Source: Cupriavidus necator (GTDB taxonomy: Bacteria; Pseudomonadota; Gammaproteobacteria; Burkholderiales; Burkholderiaceae). From it: DNA of 32,000 bases. Positions 9,718 to 20,594 of the stretch are shown in pieces; the first letter of the stretch is position 1, and each line of letters begins with the position of its first letter. Under the pieces are notes generated by a model. That model saw nothing but the letters and a program-made list of their open reading frames with translations. It ran no database searches and was not told where the DNA came from. The stretch lies in the NCBI RefSeq assembly GCF_016127575.1, contig NZ_CP066019.1, forward strand, positions 1,470,001 to 1,502,000, written 5' to 3'. A program made the position numbers and the translations under genes.

Positions 9718-11729
9718 CACGCCTCCTCCAGCAGCACGCGCGCGGCCGCGGCGACATGCGCCGGGGTCAGGCCGAAGTGCTGGTACAGCGCCTCGGCCGG
9801 CGCGGATTCGCCGAAGGTGTCGATGCCCAGCGCCAGGCCCTGCTCGCCCACCACGCCGCGCCAGAACCAGGTGCCGCCCGCCTCCACGCTGACGCGCGGC
9901 AGGCCAGGTGGCAGCACGGTGTCGCGGTACGCCACGTCCTGCGCGTAGAACAGCTCCACGCAGGGCATGGACACCACGCGCGCGGCGATGCCGGCATCGG
10001 CCAGGTCCAGCGCCGCGCGCATGGCGATTTCCACCTCGGAGCCAGTGGCAATCAGCACCACGCGCGGCGCCGGCACATCGCGCAGCACATAGCCGCCGCG
10101 CGCAATCTCCGCGCGCTGGGCCGGATTGCGCTCGAACGGCATCAGCGCCTGCCGCGACAGCACCAGGCAGCTCGGGCCATCCTCGCGCCGCAGCGCGGCC
10201 AGCCACGCGTACGCGGTCTCGGCGCCGTCGCAGGGACGCCAGACCTGGTTGTTGGGGATCAGGCGCAGGCTGGCGGCGTGTTCCACCGGCTGGTGGGTGG
10301 GACCGTCCTCGCCGAGCCCGATCGAGTCATGGGTCAGCACGTGGACCACGCGCAGGCGCATCAGCGCCGCCATGCGGATGGCATTGCGCGAGTAGTCCGA
10401 GAAGGTCATGAAGGTGCCGCCGTAGGGGATCAGCCCGCCATGCAGCGCAATGCCGTTCATCGCGGCGGCCATGCCGAACTCGCGCACGCCGTAGCTCACG
10501 TAGTTGCCATGCCCGGCATGGTTGACCCAGACCGACGCCTTGACATTGGTCAGGTTGGACCCGGTCAGGTCGGCCGAGCCGCCCAGCAGCTCGGGCAAGG
10601 CGGGCGTGAGCGCCTCCAGGCACAGCTGCGATGCCTTGCGCGTGGCGATCTTGCCTTGCAGCGGCGACGGCGCGTCCAGCAACGCCATCAATTCGGCATC
10701 GAAGCCCTCGGGCAGGCGGCCATTGGCACGGCGCACGAATTCTTCGGCCAGTTCGGGGTGCGCGGCGCAATAGCTGACGAAGCGCGCCTCCCATTCGGCC
10801 TCGCGCGCGGCGCCTTGCGCGCGTGCATCCCAGGCGTCGGCGACATCCGCCGGCACCGTGAAGGGCTCGGCTTCCCAGCCCAGCGCGGTGCGCATGGCGG
10901 CGATCTCCGGCGCGCCCAGCGGGGCGCCGTGCACGTCGTGCCCGCCGGCCTTGGCGGGCGCGCCCTTGCCGATCACGGTGCGGCAGCAGATCAGCGTGGG
11001 CCGGTCGCGCTCGGCCTTGGCCTCGTGCAGCGCGGCATCGAGGGCGTGCGCATCGTGTCCGTCGACGTCCGCAATCACATGCCAGCCATAGGCGGCAAAG
11101 CGCTTCGGGGTGTCGTCGGCAAACCAGCCGGCGACCTCGCCGTCGATGGAGATGCCGTTGTCGTCGTACAGGCAGATCAGCTTGCCCAGCCTGAGCGTGC
11201 CCGCCAGCGAGCAGGCCTCGTGGCTGAGTCCTTCCATCAGGCAGCCATCGCCAAGGAAGACGTAGGTGTGGTGGTCGACGATGTCGAAGCCGGGCCGGTT
11301 GAAGGTGGCGGCCAGGAGCTTCTCCGCCAGCGCCATGCCGACGGCATTGGCCAGGCCCTGTCCCAGCGGCCCGGTGGTGGTTTCCACGCCCGGCGTCACG
11401 CCAAGCTCCGGATGGCCGGGCGTGGCCGCGTGCAGCTGGCGGAACTGGCGCAGCTGCGACATCGGCAGGTCGTAGCCGGTCAGGTGCAGCAGCGCATACT
11501 GCAGCATGGACGCATGGCCGTTGGACAGCACGAAGCGGTCACGGTCGGGCCAGGCCGGGTTGGCCGGGTTGTGTCGCAGGTGGCGCCGCCACAGCACTTC
11601 GGCCATTTCGGCCATGCCCATGGGTGCGCCGGGGTGGCCCGATTTGGCCTGCTCCACCGCGTCGGCGGCCAGGAAGCGCAGCGCGTTGGCACAGCGCGCT
11701 GCGGAATCGATGCGTTCTGGTGCGTTCAT
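9717..11729 (-). CDS. cbbT: Transketolase
   Basis: 670 aa. Motifs [20 protein letters not shown] (ThDP motif) and [16 protein letters not shown]. Confidence 0.95.
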
Positions 11730-11769
11730 TCAGGAGATCCTCGCGAGTCGGCGTTTCACGGTCGAGTCC

Positions 11770-12648
11770 TTACTGCGCGGCGCGCTTGCGGCGCTCCATC
11801 ATGCGCAGCACGAAGGGCGTGAAGATCAGCTGCATGGCCAGCTCCATCTTGCCGCCGGGCACCACGATGGTGTTGGCGCGCGACATGAAGGAGTCGTGGA
11901 TCATGCTCAGCAGGTACTGGAAGTCGATCCCCTTCGGGTTGGCAAAGCGGATCACCACCATGCTTTCATCGGGCGCGGGGATTTCGCGCGAGATAAAGGG
12001 GTTGGACGTATCCACGCACGGCACGCGCTGGAAGTTCACATGCGTGCGCGAGAACTGCGGACAGATGTAATTCACGTAGTCCGGCATGCGGCGCAGGATG
12101 GTGTCGGTCACGGCCTCGGTCGAATAGCCGCGCTGCTTCTTGTCGCGCCAGAGCTTCTGGATCCATTCCAGGTTGATGACAGGGACCACGCCGATCAGCA
12201 GGTTGGGATACTGGGCGACATTGACCGAATCGGTGACCACGCCGCCGTGCAGGCCCTCGTAGAACAGCAGATCGGTATCGGCCGGCAGCGGCTCCCACTG
12301 CGTGAAGGTGCCGGGTTCCTGCCCGAACGGCGCGGCTTCCTCCGGGCTATGCAGGTAGTGCCGGTGCATGCCCGTGCCGGTTTCGGCATAGGAGCGGAAC
12401 AGGTTCTCCAGCTCGCCGAACAGGTTGTTCTCCTCGCCGAAGTGGCTGAAGTTCATATTGCCGGTGCGCTCGGCCTCGGCCATCTTGACCTTCATCTCGG
12501 CGCGGTCATAGCGGTGGAAGCTGTCGCCTTCGATCACCACTGACTTCACGCCCTCGCGGCGGAAGATGTTCTCGAAGGTACGGGTCACCGACGTGGTACC
12601 GGCGCCCGAGGAGCCGGTGATGGCGATAATGGGATAACGTTCTGACAT
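11770..12648 (-). CDS. cbbP: Phosphoribulokinase
   Basis: 292 aa. P-loop ITGSSGAGTTSV. PRK-type sequence throughout. Confidence 0.95.
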   Translation of the reverse strand: MSERYPIIAITGSSGAGTTSVTRTFENIFRREGVKSVVIEGDSFHRYDRAEMKVKMAEAERTGNMNFSHFGEENNLFGELENLFRSYAETGTGMHRHYLHSPEEAAPFGQEPGTFTQWEPLPADTDLLFYEGLHGGVVTDSVNVAQYPNLLIGVVPVINLEWIQKLWRDKKQRGYSTEAVTDTILRRMPDYVNYICPQFSRTHVNFQRVPCVDTSNPFISREIPAPDESMVVIRFANPKGIDFQYLLSMIHDSFMSRANTIVVPGGKMELAMQLIFTPFVLRMMERRKRAAQ

Positions 12649-12659
12649 GGCCAGGCACC

Positions 12660-13754
12660 TCAGGCAGACGCGCGGAACAGGCTGCGCTCGTTGAACAGGG
12701 GACTCGGAAGGTCGGGATCGGTCTGGTCGGTGTGGTAGCCCTCGATCCGTTCCACTTCATTGCGCGAGCCGAAGATCACGCCAATGCGCTGGTGCAGCGC
12801 ACCCGGCGCCACCGACATCAGCGTCTGCCGGCCCGTGCTGGCGCGCCCGCCAGCCTGCTCCATCAGGAAGGCGATCGGATTGGCCTCGTACAGCAGGCGC
12901 AGGCGGCCCGGCTTGGCGGGATCCTTGGAGTCGCGCGGGTACATGAAGACGCCGCCACGCATCAGGATGCGGTGCGCCTCGGCCACCATCGACGCGATCC
13001 AGCGCATATTGAAATCCTTGCCGCGCGGCCCGCTCTTGCCGGCCATGCACTCGGCGATGTAGCGCTGCACCGGCGCTTCCCAGAAGCGGCTGTTCGACGC
13101 ATTGATGGCAAATTCCTGGGTATCGGCCGGCACCTGCAGGTTGGGGTGCGTGAGGAAGAACTCGCCCAGGTTGGGATCGAGCGTGAAGCCGTTGACGCCA
13201 TTGCCCACGGTCAGCACCAGCATGGTGGTGGGACCGTAGAGCGCGTAGCCGGCCGCCACCTGGGCGCTGCCGGGCTGCAGGAAATCCTGCTCGGTGACGG
13301 CGCTTGCGCCCTCAGGCGCGCGCAGCACCGAGAAGATGCTGCCCACCGAGACATTGACGTCGATGTTGGATGAGCCGTCGAGCGGATCGAACACCAGCAG
13401 GTACTTGCCGCGCGGGTAGTGATCCGGGATCTGGTAAGGCGCCTCCATCTCCTCCGACGCCATGCCGGCCAGGTACCCGCCCCACTCGTTGACGCGCAGG
13501 AAGGTGGTATTGCTCAGCACGTCCAGCTTCTGCTGGATTTCGCCCTGCACGTTGACGGCCCCTGCTTCTCCGGCTTGATTGCTGGCCTTGCCGTGCAAGC
13601 CCCCCAGCGCGCCGAAGGCAACCGCGCGCGCGATTTCCTTGCAGGCCATGGCGACGTTGAGAATCAGGCCGTTGAAGCCGCCGCTGGCATCCGGATAGCG
13701 GCGGCGTTCCTCGATCAGGAACTGCGTCAGGGTCATCCTTTGGACTTCAGGCAT
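12660..13754 (-). CDS. cbbF: Class 1 fructose-1,6-/sedoheptulose-1,7-bisphosphatase
   Basis: 364 aa. Motifs [11 protein letters not shown] and [11 protein letters not shown]-like [14 protein letters not shown]. Confidence 0.95.
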   Translation of the reverse strand: MPEVQRMTLTQFLIEERRRYPDASGGFNGLILNVAMACKEIARAVAFGALGGLHGKASNQAGEAGAVNVQGEIQQKLDVLSNTTFLRVNEWGGYLAGMASEEMEAPYQIPDHYPRGKYLLVFDPLDGSSNIDVNVSVGSIFSVLRAPEGASAVTEQDFLQPGSAQVAAGYALYGPTTMLVLTVGNGVNGFTLDPNLGEFFLTHPNLQVPADTQEFAINASNSRFWEAPVQRYIAECMAGKSGPRGKDFNMRWIASMVAEAHRILMRGGVFMYPRDSKDPAKPGRLRLLYEANPIAFLMEQAGGRASTGRQTLMSVAPGALHQRIGVIFGSRNEVERIEGYHTDQTDPDLPSPLFNERSLFRASA

Positions 13755-13810
13755 GACAGGTCTCCTATAGATTGGCTATGCATTCTTGTGTGGTGCCGGT
13801 GCGGGGCGGG

Positions 13811-14536
13811 CTACGTGACCGTGGCGGCCTCGCGCAAGCGGTAAAGGATGCTCGAGTAGCCGCCGTCGGCATCGGGCGCGCCGAACACGGCGCTGCCGGC
13901 AACGAAGGTGTCGGCGCCCGCTCGCGCGATCGCGGCAATGTTGTCGGCCTTGACGCCGCCGTCGATCTCCAGCCAGACCGGCCGCCCGCCGGCGTCCACC
14001 TGCCGGTCGATGCGCGCGCGTGCCTGGCGCACCTTGTCCAGCACGCCCGGAATGAAGGCCTGGCCGCCAAAGCCCGGGTTCACGCTCATCAGCAGCACCA
14101 GGTCGAGCTGGTCCAGCGTATGGTCCAGCCAGCCCAGCGGCGTGGCCGGGTTGAGCACCAGGCCTGCCTTGCAGCCGTGGTCGCGGATCAGGCCGATGGT
14201 GCGGTCGACATGGCGGCTCGCCTCCGGATGGAAGCTGATGATGTTGGCGCCGGCCTTGGCGAACAGCGGGATCAGCGCATCGACCGGTTCCACCATCAGA
14301 TGCACGTCGATGGGGATGGAGACCAGCGGCCGGATCGCCTCGCACACCAGCGGGCCAATGGTCAGGTTGGGCACATAGTGGTTGTCCATCACATCGAAGT
14401 GCACCAGGTCTGCACCGCCGGCCTCGATCGCGCACACCTCTTCGCCCAGGCGCGCGAAATCGGCCGACAGGATGGATGGCGCCAGGCGGATGGCACGCTG
14501 GCTGCCATGGCCGGTGTTGAGTTCAGTGGCATGCAT
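13811..14536 (-). CDS. cbbE: Ribulose-5-phosphate 3-epimerase
   Basis: 241 aa. Motifs [29 protein letters not shown] and [10 protein letters not shown]. Starts 1 nt after the cbbY stop. Confidence 0.95.
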   Translation of the reverse strand: MHATELNTGHGSQRAIRLAPSILSADFARLGEEVCAIEAGGADLVHFDVMDNHYVPNLTIGPLVCEAIRPLVSIPIDVHLMVEPVDALIPLFAKAGANIISFHPEASRHVDRTIGLIRDHGCKAGLVLNPATPLGWLDHTLDQLDLVLLMSVNPGFGGQAFIPGVLDKVRQARARIDRQVDAGGRPVWLEIDGGVKADNIAAIARAGADTFVAGSAVFGAPDADGGYSSILYRLREAATVT

Positions 14537-14537
14537 G

Positions 14538-15302
14538 TCAGGTTGCCTCGATCAGGGTGCCGTGGTGCCAGGCGCGCAACGCGGCAAGGTCGGCCCAGCG
14601 GTTTGCCGCGCCGGGCACGTGCTGGGGCATGGGCTCGCCGGGATCGCCAAGATGCGGCAGCACCAGCAGCGCGCCCTCGAAGGAGTCCTGCGCGCTGAAC
14701 GCGGTGGGCGTGACCACGGTGGGAATGCCGGCCGCCCGGGCGGCGCGCAGGCCGTTCGCCGAGTCCTCGATCGCCAGGCAGTCACCGCCTTCCAGGCCCA
14801 GCCGCTCCAGCACCGCCAGGTAGACATCGGGCGCCGGCTTCTTGATGGCCGTGGTGCCGGCGTCGCCGATGGCGGCAAAGCGACGGCGCCAGTCGGCGCC
14901 AAGCGGCGCCTGCAGCAGCGCGTCGAGGTTGGCCGGCGTGGTGGTGGTGGCAATCGCCAGCGGGAGCCCGGCCTCGCCGGCCTCGTCGATCAGGCGGGCA
15001 ATGCCCGGGCGCAGCGGCAGGCCGCCCGCCCCGACGCGCTCGGCATAGTGGCGGGTCTTGATGGCGTGCACGGCGTCGATGGTTTCCTTCACCTTGCAGC
15101 CGCGGGCCTCTTCCGGGTCGACCATGCGCCAGTAATGCATCAGGCGCTCCTTGCCGCCGGCCACCTTGAGCAGGCGCGTGTAGAGCGGCGCGTCCCAGTA
15201 CCAGTCCAGGCCGACCTCGGCGAAGGCGGCGTTGAAGGCTTGCAGGTGCGCGCTTTCGGTATCGGCCAGGGTGCCGTCGACATCGAAAATCAGGGCTTGC
15301 AT
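14538..15302 (-). CDS. cbbY: HAD-family phosphatase CbbY (xylulose-1,5-bisphosphate phosphatase type)
   Basis: 254 aa. HAD motif [12 protein letters not shown]. Starts 3 nt after the cbbX stop. Confidence 0.9.
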
Positions 15303-15305
15303 GGC

Positions 15306-16259
15306 TTACTCCTTGGCCGGCGTCCGTGCGTCCGGCGCGGCCTTCGAAAACACGCGGCTGGCAAGCAGGTCAGACGCCGTGATGGTGGTCAGGGTATGGT
15401 CGTCGACGACCGTGCCGGCATCGTCCAGCAGGCGCGAGGCATGGCGCAGCCGCGCGCGGTCCAGCGCATTGCGCACGCTGCGGGCATTGGCAAAGTGCGG
15501 CTGTGTCATGCGCCGGGCCAGGTAGTCGGCAAACACGGCCCGGCTTTCGTCGTCGAAGCGGTATTGCATCTCGGACAGCATCAGGTCGGCGATCTGGCGC
15601 AGCTCGTCGAGCTGGTAGTCGGGGAAGTCGACATGGTGGGCAACGCGCGAGGACATGCCCGGGTTGGACTCGAAGAAACGGTCCATGCGGTCCTTGTAGC
15701 CGGCCAGGATCACCACCAGGTCGTCGCGGTTGTTCTCCATCACCTGCAGCAGGATCTCGATGGCCTCCTGGCCGTAGTCGCGTTCGTTCTCCGGGCGGTA
15801 GAGGTAGTAGGCCTCGTCGATGAAGAGCACCCCGCCCATGGCCTTCTTCAGGATCTCCTTGGTCTTGGGCGCGGTATGGCCGATGTACTGGCCGACCAGG
15901 TCGTCGCGGGTCACCGCCACCAGGTGGCCGCGGCGCACGTAGCCCAGCTGGTGCAGGATCTGCGCCATGCGCATGGCCACGGTGGTCTTGCCGGTGCCGG
16001 GATTGCCGGTGAAGCACATATGCAGGCTGGGCGCACCGGCGCTGAAGCCGCGCGCGGCGCGCAGCTTGTCCACCAGCAGCAAGGCGGCGATATCGCGGAT
16101 GCGCGCTTTCACCGGCTTCAGCCCGATCAGCTCGCGGTCAAGCTGGGCCAGCAGCTCGGTGATGCCCGAGCTGGCCAGCGACTCGGCCAGGGACCCGGGC
16201 AACGATGCGGCCGGAGCGGCTGGCGGCTGCAGCGGTGCGGTCGTTTCAGGTGCGGACAT
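15306..16259 (-). CDS. cbbX: AAA+ red-type RuBisCO activase
   Basis: 317 aa from [10 protein letters not shown] (ATG 16257-16259). Walker [12 protein letters not shown], Walker [11 protein letters not shown]. The track start at 16361 lies inside the cbbS-cbbX spacer and is rejected. Confidence 0.93.
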   Translation of the reverse strand: MSAPETTAPLQPPAAPAASLPGSLAESLASSGITELLAQLDRELIGLKPVKARIRDIAALLLVDKLRAARGFSAGAPSLHMCFTGNPGTGKTTVAMRMAQILHQLGYVRRGHLVAVTRDDLVGQYIGHTAPKTKEILKKAMGGVLFIDEAYYLYRPENERDYGQEAIEILLQVMENNRDDLVVILAGYKDRMDRFFESNPGMSSRVAHHVDFPDYQLDELRQIADLMLSEMQYRFDDESRAVFADYLARRMTQPHFANARSVRNALDRARLRHASRLLDDAGTVVDDHTLTTITASDLLASRVFSKAAPDARTPAKE

Positions 16260-16374
16260 GGCAGGCTCCGTGAGGATCAATCGAGCATCCGACTCGAAAG
16301 ATTCGAGGCGCAACTCCCCCCCGGTGCGCGGCCTTGCGGCGGCGCAACCGTGGGATTGCACAGTCAGGAAATCG

Positions 16375-16417
16375 CCGGCGGCAGCGCCATGACGGCGCTG
16401 CGCCGGTTCAGCCGGCG
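16375..16417 (-). terminator. Stem-loop(s) directly after cbbS, candidate partial (premature) terminator
   Basis: gcagcgcc (16381-16388) pairs with ggcgctgc (16394-16401) around loop atgac. The helix extends with one bulge to about 13 bp (16375-16406). An overlapping alternative hairpin is cgccgg/ccggcg (16401-16417). The minus-strand 3' flank is CGAUUUCCUG, a weak U-tract. The location fits the published intra-operon attenuation after cbbS in R. eutropha, as I recall it. Confidence 0.55.
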
Positions 16418-16421
16418 CCGC

Positions 16422-16841
16422 TCAGTAGCGGCTGCCCTCGGGGCGTGCCTGCACAGCGTAGCTCTCGATCGAGTAGCGCATGGTGCGGCCGGGCTCTTCC
16501 TGTCGCACCAGGCGGAAGCCGGGCTCGTCCGCAGGACGGTTGACGATGAACGACATCACCACCGACTCCACCGTATGCGTCGAATCGAAGGCCGTGACGC
16601 GGATGTAGTGGTTGGGGAAGGTGCTGCGCGCGTTGTTGATCTCCAGCAGGATGCCGGCGGCATCGCGCAGGTCGAACATCGGCAGGCCGAACATCTCCCA
16701 GTAGGTATTGCGCGGATGCGGGTCGTCGGTGTACTCGATGCCGACCGCCCAGCCCTGGTTCAGGCAGTATTCAAGCTGGCTGGTGATCTGCGCGTCGGTG
16801 AGGTCGGGCAGGAAGGAGAAAGTGCCTTGAGTAATACGCAT
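16422..16841 (-). CDS. cbbS: RuBisCO small subunit (form IC)
   Basis: 139 aa. Contains GWAVGIEYTDDPHPRNTYWEMFGLPMFD. ATG 16839-16841 with GAGAGGA upstream. Confidence 0.95.
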   Translation of the reverse strand: MRITQGTFSFLPDLTDAQITSQLEYCLNQGWAVGIEYTDDPHPRNTYWEMFGLPMFDLRDAAGILLEINNARSTFPNHYIRVTAFDSTHTVESVVMSFIVNRPADEPGFRLVRQEEPGRTMRYSIESYAVQARPEGSRY

Positions 16842-16898
16842 GATGTCCTCTCGTTCTTTGGGTTCGCTCGTCGTGCTTTGGTGGCGTCGCGCCAGGGC

Positions 16899-18462
<1,564 letters not shown>

Positions 18463-18526
18463 CAATCCCTTAAGTGCGGACCAAGCTGCACATCACGGGA
18501 CCATCCAAAGCCGCCCCCAACCGCCC

Positions 18527-19480
18527 ATGTCGTCCTTCCTGCGCGCCCTTACCCTTCGCCAGTTGCAGATCTTCGTCACCGTGGCCAGGCACGCCAGCTT
18601 CGTGCGCGCGGCCGAAGAACTGCACCTGACCCAGCCTGCGGTCTCGATGCAGGTCAAGCAGCTTGAATCCGTGGTCGGCATGGCGCTGTTCGAGCGGGTC
18701 AAGGGACAGCTCACGCTGACCGAGCCCGGCGACCGCCTGCTGCACCATGCGTCCCGGATCCTCGGCGAGGTCAAGGACGCCGAGGAAGGCTTGCAGGCGG
18801 TCAAGGACGTCGAGCAGGGCTCGATCACGATCGGGCTGATCAGCACGTCGAAGTACTTCGCCCCCAAGCTGCTGGCCGGCTTTACCGCGCTGCACCCGGG
18901 CGTGGATCTGCGCATCGCCGAAGGCAACCGGGAAACGCTGCTGCGGCTGCTGCAGGACAACGCCATCGACCTCGCGCTGATGGGCCGCCCGCCGCGCGAA
19001 CTGGATGCGGTGTCGGAACCCATCGCCGCGCATCCGCACGTGCTGGTGGCCTCGCCGCGGCACCCGTTACACGATGCAAAGGGGTTCGACCTGCAGGAAC
19101 TGCGTCACGAGACCTTCCTGCTGCGCGAACCGGGTTCAGGCACCCGCACCGTGGCGGAGTACATGTTCCGGGACCACCTGTTCACGCCGGCCAAGGTGAT
19201 CACCCTGGGCAGCAACGAGACCATCAAGCAGGCCGTGATGGCCGGCATGGGCATCAGCCTGTTGTCGCTGCACACGCTGGGACTGGAGCTGCGCACCGGC
19301 GAGATCGGGCTGCTGGACGTGGCCGGCACGCCGATCGAGCGCATCTGGCATGTTGCGCATATGTCCAGCAAGCGTTTGTCGCCGGCCAGCGAGAGCTGCC
19401 GCGCCTATTTGCTGGAGCACACTGCGGAGTTTCTGGGGAGGGAGTACGGGGGGCTGATGCCCGGGCGGCGGGTGGCCTGA
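18527..19480 (+). CDS. cbbR: LysR-type transcriptional activator of the cbb operon
   Basis: Intact 317 aa. N-terminal wHTH LRQLQIFVTVARHASFVRAAEELHLTQPAVSMQVKQLE. LysR substrate-binding domain follows. Divergent from cbbL. Confidence 0.95.
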   Translation: MSSFLRALTLRQLQIFVTVARHASFVRAAEELHLTQPAVSMQVKQLESVVGMALFERVKGQLTLTEPGDRLLHHASRILGEVKDAEEGLQAVKDVEQGSITIGLISTSKYFAPKLLAGFTALHPGVDLRIAEGNRETLLRLLQDNAIDLALMGRPPRELDAVSEPIAAHPHVLVASPRHPLHDAKGFDLQELRHETFLLREPGSGTRTVAEYMFRDHLFTPAKVITLGSNETIKQAVMAGMGISLLSLHTLGLELRTGEIGLLDVAGTPIERIWHVAHMSSKRLSPASESCRAYLLEHTAEFLGREYGGLMPGRRVA

Positions 19481-19604
19481 GGTTCCAGGAGGGTTGGCTG
19501 GGATTAGAGAGCCATCCGTCCCGTCCCGGTCGGAACCCACTGGGCAGCGGCGGCTGGTGAAGGCCTTCGGATGACAAAGGCTAGAGAGAATTGCGAATCC
19601 TCTT

Positions 19605-19624
19605 GATCAAGCTGCAGCTTGATC
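19605..19624. repeat. Perfect 20-bp palindrome GATCAAGCTGCAGCTTGATC
   Basis: Read directly; the sequence is its own reverse complement with no spacer. It lies in non-coding DNA 125 bp after the cbbR stop. A second loop-less palindrome, GAAGGCCTTC, is at 19559-19568. Confidence 0.9.
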
Positions 19625-19724
19625 GGACTGCTGCGGAGCATTTCCCCTCGGACTGAGGCGAATGTCTGGCGCGGCCGCTACGAGGGCAGTCCTGATGGCG
19701 GTTGGTCATACTGGGGAATGAAGG

Positions 19725-19753
19725 ATAACCGCAGCTTCGGCTGCGGTTATTTA
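19725..19753 (+). terminator. Intrinsic-terminator-like hairpin with UUCG tetraloop
   Basis: ATAACCGCAGC (19725-19735), loop TTCG, GCTGCGGTTAT (19740-19750): an 11-bp perfect stem. Together with the following TTTA it gives UUAUUUA on the plus strand. The minus-strand 3' flank (CCUUCAUUCC) is less U-rich. Confidence 0.6.
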
Positions 19754-19919
19754 CCGTTCCGGCCCCTGAAGCGCTTGTGAGGGGACGCCGTCTCGCGGCT
19801 GGCGGCCAACCGGCGCGATGGCCACAGGACGTTTCGGTCAGCGTTGCCGTCTGGTTAAGCTTCATTGGGACAACACAGGCCGCGCCACGCTCGATGCCTT
19901 AGCGCAGGAACACGTATGG

Positions 19920-20594
19920 CTACCGGTCCCTTACCGTTCGGACGTCAGGCTCCGACATACGGCCAGAATCCCTAGAACGTCCGCGATGGTCGGACGTGAA
20001 TACTGCCGCGCCCTTCCCGCGAGCGTTCCCGAACTGTACTGCGACACGCAGAAGCATTGCAGCCAGCATTATCATACCGGGCACCGCATAGCCGGCATGT
20101 TGCGGGAAGCGAGTCAGGAAGGAGCCTGCGAATATGATCGCGATGACCCAGACACCAGTGAGATGCAATCTCTTCCAGTTGTCCGGGCCGACAAGGCGCA
20201 TCGGAGTTTCGAACGACGTGATCGTCAACAATAGAATAGCTACATAGCCGATCGTGCCAGGGACGTTGCTCGCAGGCGAGCGCCCCAACCAGAAGGCTTC
20301 GGGCGCCGTGCTGCTGTAGACGAGGATTGCTAACGCATGCAGAAAATGAGCGAAGGCGAATGACAGCCCGAGATAGCGTCGCTCACGCACCAACGCTCGC
20401 GTCAGAGCCGATGACACAAGTTTCGCCAGCGAAGACGCCGTGAACACGACCAGAAACAGAACAAACGATACTCGTGCAGTTGCGCGTACCGTATCCTGTA
20501 ACGCTTGCAGCGGGTCGGGTGCCAATGTGTATGACAACGCCGCTACCAGCGCCACCAAGGCCGACAACAAAAAGAAAAGTCTCCAACGGGTCAT
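19920..20594 (-). CDS. Ferric-reductase-like / MsrQ(YedZ)-like haem-b transmembrane protein
   Basis: 224 aa with about 6 hydrophobic spans. RERRYLGLSFAFAHFLHALAIL and NWKRLHLTGVWVIAIIF resemble the RRxLGL...H and WxxLH signatures of E. coli MsrQ, compared by eye from memory. Its ATG 20592-20594 overlaps the upstream stop by 1 nt (TAATG). Confidence 0.5.
   Translation of the reverse strand: MTRWRLFFLLSALVALVAALSYTLAPDPLQALQDTVRATARVSFVLFLVVFTASSLAKLVSSALTRALVRERRYLGLSFAFAHFLHALAILVYSSTAPEAFWLGRSPASNVPGTIGYVAILLLTITSFETPMRLVGPDNWKRLHLTGVWVIAIIFAGSFLTRFPQHAGYAVPGMIMLAAMLLRVAVQFGNARGKGAAVFTSDHRGRSRDSGRMSEPDVRTVRDR

Noticed and set aside
9718-10206. 163-aa N-terminal extension of cbbZ in the ORF track, and similar extensions of cbbL (to 18425), cbbX (to 16361), cbbG (to 9022), the Hsp100 (to 3149), the ligase (to 22702), CMD (to 29644) and GNAT (to 30982)
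   Set aside because: The track accepts non-ATG starts: 306 reads TTG and 30982 reads ATT. The extensions overlap upstream genes or spacers and lack an RBS. Internal ATGs with good Shine-Dalgarno sequences give proteins that begin at the conserved N-termini.
513-11822. Other long antisense ORFs (513-1595, 1731-2672, 3420-5045, 6065-7933, 7961-9130, 8977-9948, 9756-11822, plus many 60-200-aa ORFs)
   Set aside because: Same reasoning. Each overlaps a confidently identified Clp or cbb gene on the other strand, has no RBS-supported ATG that I could find, and has GC-driven amino-acid composition.
19581-20234. ORFs 19581-19865 (minus) and 19818-20234 (plus) in and next to the structured spacer
   Set aside because: No RBS and implausible Arg/Ser/Cys-rich translations. 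The second ORF runs antisense into the membrane-protein gene. The region is better explained as non-coding structure.
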